From: Ostrea edulis
Taxonomy: Eukaryota
Reading direction: 5' to 3'
Length of the DNA: 64,000 bases
Assembly (NCBI RefSeq): GCF_947568905.1
Contig: NC_079171.1
Location: 8,432,001 to 8,496,000, forward strand
In this document: piece after piece, positions 22,201-33,705 of the stretch
Position numbering within the stretch: the first letter of the stretch is position 1
Layout: the number at the start of each line of letters is the position of its first letter
Program-made: the position numbers and the translations under genes
Notes under the pieces: model-generated
What the model saw: only the letters and a program-made list of their open reading frames with translations
Told to the model about the DNA's origin: nothing
Database searches by the model: none

Positions 22201-25200
22201 TTGTTATAAAGTAGTCCTTTACACGGTGTCTTGTTATAAAGTAGTCCTTTACGCAGTGTCTTGTTATAAAGTAGTCCTTTACGCGGTGCCTTGTTATAAA
22301 GTAGTCCTTTACGCGGTGTCTTGTTATAAAGTAGTCCTTTATGCGGTGTCTTGTTATAAAGTAGTCCTTTACGTGGTGTCTTGTTATAAAGTAGTCTCTT
22401 ATGCAGTGTCTTGTTATAAAGTTGTCCTTTATGTGGTGTCTTGTTATGTAGTCCTTTACGCGGTGTCTTGTTATAAAGTAGTCCTTTACACGGTGTCTTG
22501 TTATAAAGTAGTCCTTTATGTGGTGTCTTGTTATGTAGTCCTTTACGCGGTGTCTTGTTATAAAGTAGTCGTTTACGCGGTGTCTTGTTTTGTAGTTCTT
22601 TACACGGTGTCTTGTTATAAAGTAGTCCTTTACGCGGCGTCTTGTTATAAAGTAGTCCTTTACGCGGTGTCTTGTTATGTAGTTCTTTACACGGTGTCTT
22701 GTTATAAAGTAGTCCTTTATGTGGTGTCTTGTTATAAAGTAGTCCTTTACGCGGTGTCTTGTTATAAAGTAGTCCTTTACACGGTGTCTTGTTATAAAGT
22801 AGTCCTTTACGCGGTATCTTGTTATAAAGTAGTCCTTTACACGGTGTCTTGTTATAAAGTAGTCCTTTACGCGGTGTCTTGTTATAAAGTAGTCCTTTAC
22901 GCGGTGTCTTGTTATAAAGTAGTCCCTTATGCGGTGTCTTGTTATAAAGTAGTCCTTTATGTGGTGTCTTGTTATGTAGTCCTTTACGCGGTGTCTTGTT
23001 ATAAAGTAGTCCCTTATGCGGTGTCTTGTTATAAAGTAGTCCTTTACGCGGTGTCTTGTTATGTAGTTCTTTACACGGTGTCTTGTTATAAAGTAGTCCT
23101 TTATGTGGTGTCTTGTTATAAAGTAGTCCTTTACACGGTGTCTTGTTATAAAGTAGTCCTTTACACGGTGTCTTGTTATGTAGTTCTTTACACGGTGTCT
23201 TGTTATAAAGTAGTCCTTTACACGGTGTCTTGTTATAAAGTAGTCCTTTACGCGGTGTCTTGTTATAAAGTAGTCCTTTACGCGGTGTCTTGTTATAAAG
23301 TAGTCCCTTATGCGGTGTCTTGTTATAAAGTAGTCCTTTATGTGGTGTCTTGTTATGTAGTCCTTTACGCGGTGTCTTGTTATAAAGTAGTCCCTTATGC
23401 GGTGTCTTGTTATAAAGTAGTCCTTTACGCGGTGTCTTGTTATGTAGTTCTTTACACGGTGTCTTGTTATAAAGTAGTCCTTTATGTGGTGTCTTGTTAT
23501 AAAGTAGTCCTTTACACGGTGTCTTGTTATAAAGTAGTCCTTTACACGGTGTCTTGTTATAAAGTAGTCCTTTACGCGGTGTCTTGTTATGTAGTTCTTT
23601 ACACGGTGTCTTGTTATAAAGTAGTCCCTTATGCGGTGACTTGTTATAAAGTAGTCCTTTACACGGTGTCTTGTTATAAAGTAGTCCTTTATGTGGTGTC
23701 TTGTTATAAAGTAGTCCCTTATGCGGTGTCTTGTTATAAAGTAGTCCTTTATGTGGTGTCTTGTTATGTAGTCCTTTACGCGGTGTCTTGTTATAAAGTA
23801 GTCCCTTATGCGGTGTCTTGTTATAAAGTAGTCCTTTACGCGGTGTCTTGTTATGTAGTTCTTTACACGGTGTCTTGTTATAAAGTAGTCCTTTATGTGG
23901 TGTCTTGTTATAAAGTAGTCCTTTACACGGTGTCTTGTTATAAAGTAGTCCTTTACACGGTGTCTTGTTATAAAGTAGTCCTTTACGCGGTGTCTTGTTA
24001 TGTAGTTCTTTACACGGTGTCTTGTTATAAAGTAGTCCCTTATGCGGTGACTTGTTATAAAGTATTCCTTTACGTGGTGTCTTGTTATAAAGTAGTCCTT
24101 TATGTGGTGTCTTGTTATAAAGTAGTCCTTTACACGGTGTCTTGTTATGTAGTTCTTTACACGGTGTCTTGTTATAAAGTAGTCCTTTACACGGTGTCTT
24201 GTTATAAAGTAGTCCTTTATGTGGTGTCTTGTTATAAAGTAGTCCTTTATGTGGTGTCTTGTTATAAAGTAGTCCTTTACGCGGTGTCTTGTTATGTAGT
24301 TCTTTACACGGTGTCTTGTTATAAAGTAGTCCTTTATGTGGTGTCTTGTTATAAAGTAGTCCTTTACACGGTGTCTTGTTATAAAGTAGTCCTTTACACG
24401 GTGTCTTGTTATAAAGTAGTCCTTTACGCGGTATCTTGTTATAAAGTAGTCCTTTATGCGGTGTCTTGTTATAAAGTAGTCCTTTACGCGGTGTCTTGTT
24501 ATAAAGTAGTCCTTTACGCAGTGTCTTGTTATAAAGTAGTCCTTTACGCGGTATCTTGTTATAAAGTAGTCCTTTACGCGGTGTCTTGTTATAAAGTAGT
24601 CCTTTATGCGGTGTCTTGTTATAAAGTAGTCCTTTACGCGGTTTATGCTATAGACAGAGTCCTGAGTCCATGCACACACTTGCTGCATCACCAAAATCGT
24701 CATAGAACCTCATCTGTCCCTACCTGCTTCGACTGCTCAGGTGTCAATTTGTACAGCTTGTGTTAAAAATCCAGAAAATTTTATTTTCTCTAATATTTTT
24801 AGGTGGATATGCATATACCCAGCTTACATGAACAGCCGTAAAACGGTGACAGAGGGAAGAAGGCTCCCCAAAGACAAGGTGTGTTCACTGTATCTTACTA
24901 AGCAGTATTGCTCACGGCGTTACTAGAATAAGAATATGACGGTACTAGTAATTTACTTGCAGCGTTATAATAAAGTGTGTCGATGACATTCCCCATTTTC
25001 CAATATGGAGTTCCTCCTTAATCTCCCCAGCAAGTCACATTATGATAAATGGTGGTATTAGAAAGTCAGAGATAATTTCTCGAATTAATATTGACCTGGT
25101 GATGGCCACGTCATTTGTTTTGTATAGTGTTTATAGCCTCCACATTGGAAAATAATTACAATTCATTTAAACATGTTAAAACCAATGGCAATCTTACAAT

Positions 25201-28200
25201 TAGTGAGATCATCATGCTCATTTGAAATTAATGTAAGATTCATCTTTTTGATTTTAGTTATTGCTGAATTTTTGTTTTGCAGTGTGTTGACAATCCGACA
25301 TACAATGAAATCAAGGATGTGTTGATAGCCTCAGGTTTCAGTATCGGCATTGAGGTAAGGGGCCTTATAAACTCAGTCTGCGAAATTAGCGGTAGTCCGA
25401 ATGCCCGCGGCCAGTGATTTTCCTGTCGGACTTCTAAAATCCACTTGGCAACAAGTCCGACTGGCTTGTAAAAAAAAATTACCCATCGGAGTGTTAATTT
25501 GACAATCGGTAGTAAATAAATATTACGCGCATGCTCATTAAGTCATAGAATTAGAATAACTCGCCCCAAAGAAAGTCATTCATCCCATTAATTACACATA
25601 TTAACTCGGTCTGTTCCGGATTTGTCTTGAAAATTATTCAGATTTCGCATGCATATAATTTACTTTCATTTTCAACGACTTTCATTTTTTTAGGGGTTTT
25701 TTGTACATTTTTTTCTTGGGCAAGTGAAGTTGAGTTCGGGCATGTGGATTTCCTGAAAATGGTTGCCCAAATGGCTTGTGGTTTGCAAATCTTAATATCA
25801 TTGACTGTAAACTGATACAGGTTTGTGTGTTTACATTGAGGTAAGGGGCCTTATAAACTGATACAGGTTTGTGTATATACATTGAGGTAAGGGGCCTTAC
25901 AGTGATTCAGATTGATAGGACAGAGGGCCTAAATGATCCAAAAAGTATATGCCATTTTAGCCTAACTCTATGAAAACTTTAGGACCATAGCAGTGAGCGT
26001 TTTTTAATGTGCCAATGCCCACCGTGACTCGGGACCTCTGCTTTTAAGGAAATATCGGAAAGACCCGTGATTCTCACTTCTAAATCTAGTAAATGCAGAG
26101 TGTTTGTTGAAGGAGCAATCACTACCTATGTACACTATACATCTTAGGTTTGACACGTCCATGAGTGGGCTCGATCTCACTGCCTCCCTGTTACGAAGCA
26201 CTGAACTATCACAACTGGAAAATCTTAATTGGGTTTGTTCATCAAACCAGACTCTTTTCTTCAATCGGATCCATTTTCCCCTAAACTGGTTCCCCGCGGA
26301 TTGGTGTCATACACAATGAGAATCGAGATAAACAGGGGTACCAGTTTATCACTTTTTCTCTCAAAGTAATTTTAATTGGATGAAGTTTTACGAAAACCAA
26401 TCAAAATTATCTATACAAATGATCGATTGAGTACTTGTCCTTTTTATGACGAACCAAGATGGAGAGCGGTTATTTTCCCGTGGCCGGCAGCCACTAAAAA
26501 CGATCGGCCATACTGACCAAAAAAAAAATTTCATAGGCCATTTGGGCTTTTCTGATGAATTTTAGTAAGCCACTTTGAATACTTATCGGCCATTTGCCAA
26601 TGGCCAACGCCAATCTGAATCACTGCCTTATAAATTGATACTGGTTTGTGTATTGACATTGGTGTATTTACAGTGAGGTAAGGGGCTAATGATACTTTTG
26701 TAGCAGGTCTTGCGTTTGTATACTCTGTACTGCGTGCTGTGCTTGTTTTATTTCATTTCATAGTGGCGACTTAGAAAAGACCCAGCTACACTATGAACTT
26801 GATAGAAATAAAAATAAGATTGACAACACTTTGGGAATTTATTACCAGTATGAATATAACAAACAGACACTCCTAAAGCCTACAACTTAGCCTATAAACT
26901 ATCAAGAAATTATCCCAACCCAGAGGTAATCTTATAATTTAGTGAAGTTAAATGTGGCAAACTGAAAGTGTAACGACAAAATGGATAAACTAGACGTGAT
27001 TCCAGTATAGGAAGATTGGGAGGAGAAGTGTAGCTAGCACTAGACGTGATTCCAGTATAGGAAGATTGGGAGGAGAAGTGTAGCTAGCACTAGATGTGAT
27101 TCCAGTATAGAAAGATTGGGAGGAGAAGTGTAGCTAGCACTAGATGTGATTCCAGTATAGGAAGATTGGGAGGAGAAGTGTAGCTAGCACGGCCAACTCT
27201 CTCGTGTCGACGAATTGTTAGCTGCATGCCCTTATATAGTAATTTGAGCAAAAGAAATTGTCATTAAAGTTCTTGGCCGAAAGATAAAGTGGTCACATCG
27301 GGAACAAAATTCATAAATAAAAGTGAAAGTTAAACCGAAACTACCACACATTTAGCTAATACTCAGGTGACTGATAAGGACTGTGGGCTTGTGACACATT
27401 TAACTAATACTCAGGTGACTGATAAGGCCTGTGACTTGTGATACATTTAAGTAATACTCAGGTGACTGATAAGGCCTCTGACTTGTGATACATTTAAGTA
27501 ATACTCAGGTGACTGATAAGGCCTGTGGGCTTCTGATACATTTAAGTAATACTCAGGTGACTGATAAGGCCTGTGGGCCTCTTGTTGTGCATTGTTATGG
27601 GAACCATTTCTAGTATTGTCATTGAATTTTTCAGAATAAAGTATATCCTAGAGAACTAGATCACAGAGACCCAAAAGTCCGAGGTCGTATCCGAGTGCAG
27701 CTTAGAGATGAAAATGATGGATATGTTATGCCAGAATTCAAAACAAGTAAGAACTCTACAAAGCATTCCTTGTATACGCCAAACTAGAAAATGAAGTTTC
27801 TACTCCCATTAAGCTTTGCTCCTGCAATGAAAATTGATCATGTTTTCTCAGACCAGTCACAATAGGTTTGGGTGTTCGCTGTACAACAAGGAAGGGGGGG
27901 GGGGGGGGGGAGGTGGTCCCAATTTGATTCTCGATCCTGTGCTGCCTTAAACTTACAATATTATCGTAGGCAGTCATTGTTTCTAAACTCCAGGCTTTGA
28001 AAGTAAAAGTTACCATTTCCTAGATGAAAAACGGTTAAAATTATTGCTCCAAGGAGGTAGCAATGACCCGGAAATGTAAGAATATATCGAGTTACTGATC
28101 CCGTACTGAATTTGTCAGAGGATATCGACTTACTGATCCTGTACTGAATTTGTCGGAGGATATCGAGTTACTGATCCCGTACTGGATTTGTCAGAGGATA

Positions 28201-29424
28201 TCGAGTTACTGATCCCGTACTGGATTTGTCAGAGGATATCGAGTTACTGATCCCGTACTGGATTTGTCAGAGGATATCGAGTTACTGATCCCGTACTGGA
28301 TTTGTCTGTCCCACTCGCACCTCAGAATACTCTTATACATTGGTTGTCCTCCGCCTTTGTGCGTCGTCCGTCGTGCGTTAACACTTGGGCATTTCTAACT
28401 TCTTCTTGATAACTATTATTCCCATTCTTTTCAAATCTAAAGAACAAGGGGAACATCAATTTTTAATTTCAGGACTCTTGGACCCCTGAGGCCTTAGAGA
28501 CAGGGCAAAAACTACCAAAAATTGACCAATTTATACAAGTCTTTTTCCTAGAATTGCACATGTGTAAGACAAAGTAAATGCATAGTGATGTAAAGCAGGA
28601 TGGTCTCTACCAAAATTGTAAATTTCATGATCCCCAGGGTAGGAGTTTTGACCCCAGTGTGGGGCCAAACTTAGTATATAGTATTTATGTGTAAAACATT
28701 TAAACATCTTCTTTAGTGCTATTAACACTAATTGAAACTAAATGGATATTTAGAAAGAGTAGGTATTTCTTTACAAAAATTGCAAATTCCATGATCCTAG
28801 GGGTAAGGGTTTGGTTTAAGGGTGGTGTCAAAATTATAATAGTGATTGGAAGGACCTATTTAAGTTTGCTGATACTGTATAAAATCTAAATGTATACTAA
28901 GGAATAGCAAAAAAGGATGTACAAAAAATGGTGAATTTTACAACCCCAGGGTTTACACTGATCTTAGATGCGACCAAATAAGTCATATCTTTTAATGTTA
29001 ATACACATATTATATTATGTAAAACCTTTCATTAGTGTATGCACTTTTGAGGGCATTGAAGTTTTAAAACACATCTTGTTTTATACTGTTCCAGCAAACT
29101 GTTCTAATTTAGCTTAGATATTCAGAACAGGAATTTTTCCTAGATTTCATAAATACAAATGTAGTCTTTTCGAGTAGTGAATCATGTACTTTTTTATAGT
29201 ACTCAAGTGACCGTTAAGGCCTGTGGGCCTCTTGTTTAATGTAGAATCATAAAGAATATCGATTGGTTGAAACAAAACTTTTTTTTGCAGGGAAAGCGGT
29301 TCTGGAAGTTATATGTGAGAAAATTCCAAAATTAAAATCGCGGATTCAAGGTGCATCTTCCCAGCCTGCCCCAGCTCAACAGCAGACATCCGCAAAGTCA
29401 AAGAAAGGACGCAAGGGGAAATAA
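19209..29424 (+). CDS. SRP19: Signal recognition particle 19 kDa protein, 5 exons, 153 aa
   Basis: join(19209-19276, 24803-24878, 25283-25354, 27635-27746, 29291-29424), 462 nt, GT-AG and phase consistent. Diagnostic SRP19 motifs: RWICIYPAYMNSRKTVTEGRRLPK, CVDNPT..EI, KVYPRE, RGRIRVQL, IPKLKSR and a basic C-terminal tail. Confidence 0.96.
19598..19624. mobile_element. 27 bp hairpin micro-element with 7 bp direct repeats
   Basis: gtgttac|cagagacctatataatataggtccctg|gtgttac. Confidence 0.6.
22130..24640. repeat. 30/27 bp minisatellite in SRP19 intron 1, ~85 units
   Basis: gtcttgttataaagtagtcctttacgcggt with an aaa-deleted 27 bp variant. Confidence 0.97.
24803..24878 (+). CDS. SRP19: SRP19 exon 2 (WICIYPAYMNSRKTVTEGRRLPKDK)
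   Basis: tttttag acceptor, AAG|gtgtgt donor, signature motif. Confidence 0.95.
25283..25354 (+). CDS. SRP19: SRP19 exon 3 (CVDNPTYNEIKDVLIASGFSIGIE)
   Basis: ttttgcag acceptor, GAG|gtaagg donor. Confidence 0.93.
25374..25807. mobile_element. MITE-like insertion, 6 bp TSD
   Basis: cagtc...gactg termini, TSD taaact; only a short TIR match. Confidence 0.55.
25900..26625. mobile_element. MITE with 15 bp perfect TIR and 5 bp TSD
   Basis: cagtgattcagattg/caatctgaatcactg; TSD cctta. Confidence 0.8.
25995..26170 (-). mobile_element. SINE fragment nested in a MITE
   Basis: Reverse complement of the same SINE core (gtcccgagtcacggtgggcattggcac). Confidence 0.55.
26989..27189. repeat. 50 bp tandem repeat x4
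   Basis: actagacgtgattccagtataggaagattgggaggagaagtgtagctagc. Confidence 0.92.
27355..27586. repeat. ~47 bp tandem repeat x5 derived from a Helitron-like terminus
   Basis: taatactcaggtgactgataaggcctgtg...; ends in ggcctgtgggcctcttgtt, as does the element end at 29236. Confidence 0.85.
27635..27746 (+). CDS. SRP19: SRP19 exon 4 (NKVYPRELDHRDPKVRGRIRVQLRDENDGYVMPEFKT)
   Basis: tttttcag acceptor, A|gtaaga donor. Confidence 0.93.
28083..28307. repeat. 38 bp tandem repeat x~6
   Basis: gaggatatcgagttactgatcccgtactggatttgtca. Confidence 0.9.
28310..29236 (-). mobile_element. Non-autonomous Helitron-like element
   Basis: Ends in gggcctcttgtt (reverse of aacaagagg); cgtccgtcgt tract; internal repeats. 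Confidence 0.6.
29291..29424 (+). CDS. SRP19: SRP19 exon 5 (KAVLEVICEKIPKLKSR...SKKGRKGK*)
   Basis: tttttgcag acceptor, phase 1, TAA at 29422-29424. Confidence 0.93.
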
Positions 29425-31039
29425 TCAGGGATATAAAGGGGAAATAACCAGGGATATAAAGGGGAGATAAACAGCGATACACAGAGAAGAAGTATTTGGA
29501 TGACAATGGCTGGTGTGAGTGGACATCATACTGACTGGAATAGACTGATGTGTGATGATAATTTGAATAATCCATCATGTGCGACACGACATAGTGACAT
29601 TTTCCTTTCTACATTATATTCTAAAACATTACAGTTTGTCATTTCTTTCTGTTTGCACGTCCTAGGAATAATTTGATGTTATATATAATACATTATGTCA
29701 ATATAACTTCTGTCTTCACACCACAGGGATAATTTGATGTTATATATAATACATGATGTCAATGTTTGTTTGTGTATTATTGACAGTTATATATGTATAT
29801 GTACAAAGTGAGGGAACTCAAGAACTAATGTTAAGGTACTGCCTCTCAATTTCAGACAGGATAAAACATTAATTCATATAAAAACTGCTAGTTTGTATGT
29901 TCGGAGTCTGCAATGGTAATAGTTTTCTGTTTGAAACAAGGTTTATATCTCAATCACTGTCTGATATGCATGAAACTAAGAAGTCGTCAGTGATATTTCA
30001 CACATGTATTCTTTATTTGTATTGTGTATTGTTGATGTAGTACTGTTTTTGTTGTGTGAAAGCTAGGTAGGGATGTTAACATGGAACGGAAGTGAATAAT
30101 TGTGAAAGAGCAAATATACCAATTTATTATAAATGTAAAAATTACTGGTCGATTCAAAGTTTTGAAAAATAAATATGTTGTCTTATTGGTTATTTCAGTT
30201 TATCTATATCAACACGTGTGATGCTGGGTTGTTTTTATTTGGATATTGACAAATAAGATAATAATCAATAATAATAAGGTGAGACAGGGGATGCTTACTC
30301 ATCCTAGGTACGTGATCCCACCTCTGGTTTATCCAAGGGTCCGTGTTTGTCCAACTCTGTATTTTGTATTGCTTATAGTAGTTATGAGATTGATCAGTTC
30401 ATTAACTTCACCTTTTCATGCATCAGTTTGAGGAGGATATTCTTATTGGGATTAGTTTGTGACACCTGATCTGTTTATCTGTAATAGATTAAAAGATTTA
30501 TTTATCTGGACAAATTTGCCTGGACCTAAGGCGTCCATATTAGCGAAGTTTTTATGTATGTTTGACAAGTGGTCAAAAGCCAAAAAGGTTGTCGCAAGGC
30601 TAAGACAGGCCAGAAAGGGCACATGTAAAGTTACAGAGGTTGCCATGAGGCTAGGGATGATTAGGGGGACATGCACAAAGTTTCACATATTCTAAACCTC
30701 TGAAAAATCAAATGGATTCAAAATCGATATCATGAACTTACTTTGATTTGGTAAGAAGTTGTGGTCAAGGTTAAAGTTTGTGTCGAGATGCATCGTCAAA
30801 TATTGAAATACAATTTGCATAATTTAGAAATATTCCGATTTTCAAATTTAAACGAATTCCAATAGGAATTATTATAAAGGTTGTCATAAAGAATATGGTA
30901 ATCAGAAAACTACATGCCCTTGATATAAAATGACTGACAATTGAAATGAATTTATTAAAATATCTTCATGAAAGTGCATAAAATTAGCAATAAGTTGATT
31001 ATTTTAGTAAATTCTATCAATTTTGATCGGAATTGGTAT

Positions 31040-31745
31040 TTTTAGCTCATCTGAGGTAAAAGGTTATGTGAGCTTTTCTGATCAAAACTTTTCGTTGCCT
31101 GGTGTTGTAATCTTTTCACATTTTCATTTTCTTCCAAATCACCTAGCCAAATTAAACTAAACTTAACACAAAGCACCCTTTGGTGAAGGGGATTCAAGTT
31201 GGTTGAAATGAGGAGCAATGCCCTTCTCTAAGGAGAGATAATGAAGATACACTTACAAATTTTATTCTTCTCTAGAACTAGCAAGCCAATTTCAATGAAA
31301 TTTGGTACAAAGCATCATTGTGTGAAGGGAAACCCTATTGTGTTGAAATGAAAGTCCATGCCCATTTCAAAGGGGAGATAATCATAAAAATGGGATGGGG
31401 TCATTTAAAAGTTTTCTCAAGAGCCATTGGGTCAGGCAAGTTCAAATTTACGTTACTGATTCCTGACACAGTGCAAATTCAAGTGTGTTTAAATCATAAC
31501 CCCCGGACTTAGGGTGAGGCCATAATAGGGGATCAAATTTTTGCCCGCAGATATGTAGATAAAATCTACATATAAATCTTCTCCAGAACCACTGGGCAAG
31601 AACATGGAAGCTCTCTGACATAGTGTAGATTCTAGTTGGTTAAAATCATGGCACCGGAAGTTAAGTGGGATCACAATAGCTGATGGTGATTTAAGCTTTA
31701 CATGCAAATATATAGGGGGATCCTTAAATATGGATGTGACCCATA
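31040..31745 (-). mobile_element. Non-autonomous Helitron-like element, paralogous to 51662-52685
   Basis: tttagctcatctgag terminus; Cg170-like monomers. Confidence 0.6.
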
Positions 31746-31944
31746 TTAAAGCCTTCTTTTTATCTGGTTCGACTGAAATCTAAAATAAATAGCAATATTT
31801 CTTAAATTTGGTCATTTTATTTCAATTTCCTTTGATATGTATTTGTCTGATATATATAATATTATATATATCTTTTTTACAACTTGACAAATTAAAAGAG
31901 GGAGGAATATAGTAATTGGGACTATACGGGTCATGGATATCGGC

Positions 31945-32420
31945 CTATGTAATTCAGTGGTTAGAGCACCTGACTAGTAATGCAGGGGGCCCGGGTTTGA
32001 TTCCCGGTCCAGCCACAGAGGTTCTCTCTCCTATATATATATTACAGTTTGTACCGTGACCACCCCTGCAAAGCATGTTGTCCTGCCAGGGGCGAAAAGA
32101 ATCTGGGTTGTGTGTCTGAGGATGAAGGCAATTTAGGGAGGGAGGAATGTAAGCGGTCAGCCGAATTCGAACACCGGTAGTTGGTAGAACACCTGATTAG
32201 AGATTCAGGGAGTCCAGGTTCGAATCGCTGTATGGTCCGTTGCATTTTATCCTTTTCCGTTATATTTGGTGCCGTAGATCAGCCACTGGAACTGACTGGT
32301 GAAAATGTCTGTCAAGGAATAAATATCCTGGGTTGATGTCCTCAAGAGAATTCCAGGGACCCGGGTTCGAATCCCAGTAAGTTCCGTTTTCATTTTCTTC
32401 ATTCCTGTAATATAATTAAG
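31945..32420 (+). repeat. tRNA-derived tandem repeat, about 3 heads; paralog at 53320-53383 + 54462-54900
   Basis: gtggttagagcacctgactagtaa (Thr-AGT-like arm) and repeated B-box ggttcgaatc at ~200 bp spacing. Confidence 0.55.
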
Positions 32421-32714
32421 AGCTTGTTTTACTTTTCCGATGGTGAAATCATGCTTTATACAAAATGCTTATACGAGGCATTAGATGAACCACTTTTTCT
32501 AAGTCTTACATGTATGTATACAGTGGTGGACTTAAGGCGCCCCCCCCCCTCCTTAAATTTTCAAATTTAAGGGTATCTTGTTTATAAAAAAAAATGTAAA
32601 CGATAAAAGAAGCAATAATTTCTTCCAGTCTTGGCGAAATAAATGACAAAATCTTTTGATTTATTGAATTACTTTTATTGGGAGAACGTACATTTTTTTT
32701 TTCAAAACCCTTAA

Positions 32715-33705
32715 AGAGACACTACAGCTCATTTTGCGCAAAAATCATGAAATGACAATTTTCCCAGCGCTTTCTCAATTTTTGTTGCATTGTTGAAAGT
32801 ATGAACTTTGCGAAAATAACACTTATCTAAAGTTAAAAATTATCGTTTTAACGTTAAAATTAATACTTTTTGATGGCCTATACACAAAATATCGAGTCTC
32901 CTCCTTTCAGTCTTCAGACGCATGCGCATAGACAGTAAACAGAGCAGCATGTCGTCCAGAGAGAGAAAGTGTAGTTGATAGATCTAGAATTTTGACAGAT
33001 TCTGTGAGAAAAGAGGTAAAATTAGAATGAGATAAAACTCATACGTGAAATAAAATTTACCTTGGTATCAGTTTGACCGTTGGAAAACAAAGAGCTCGGA
33101 GAAACACATGTAACTCAGTGGCGGATCTAGGATATCCGAAGAGGGGTGTGAAAGTCAAAGATTAGCCAAAGTAATCGGCCATTCTGGTGCAAAATTTGGA
33201 TTTCCATTCACAATCTGTGGGGTAAAAAGGGAGGGGGATCCTGGCCCCCTAAATCTGCCATTGAGACTAGCTGCGAAGACACCACGTTTAAAAGTAAGTG
33301 TTATTTTTATCTGAACACGACACGTGTTAGTTGTAAAAACATCGGTCAGTGGGAACATGGAAGGTTTCTGTTGAAATAATGATTTATAATTACTTATTAT
33401 AAGGAGCAGGGAATGATCTTATACTTGAAAGGTGAGTGTGGACCCCTTGAAGGGGAATTTAAATAATTTCCTTCAGAACACCTTTGCTGTCATTCAAAAC
33501 CACGTGATGTAAATAAGCATTCAAAAGTCCGAGTCAGCATGAAGAAACCTTTGAATTCCGAACGATCTTCAAAGCGCATTTGAGAGTAAATTGATGCATC
33601 CCAATTGTTCAAAATTGTCAGCATCGATATGAAATTTATCATTTTATCAATACATGGTTTTAAAAACACTTTATTAAAATGTGGAAAATGAGCTGTAGTG
33701 TCTCT
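32715..33705. mobile_element. Kolobok-like non-autonomous element nested in a MITE
   Basis: ttaa|agagacactacagctcatttt...aaaatgagctgtagtgtctct|ttaa; empty site aaacccttaa at ~55745. Confidence 0.85.

Noticed and set aside
22127-24766. 858 aa and 867 aa ORFs as real genes
   Set aside because: Both are translations of a 30/27 bp minisatellite inside SRP19 intron 1; unit lengths divisible by three explain the open frames.
31950-32012. Functional tRNA genes (also 50400-50470, 52211-52285, 53325-53383)
   Set aside because: Acceptor and anticodon stems do not close properly and all lie in repeat contexts; treated as SINE or repeat heads.
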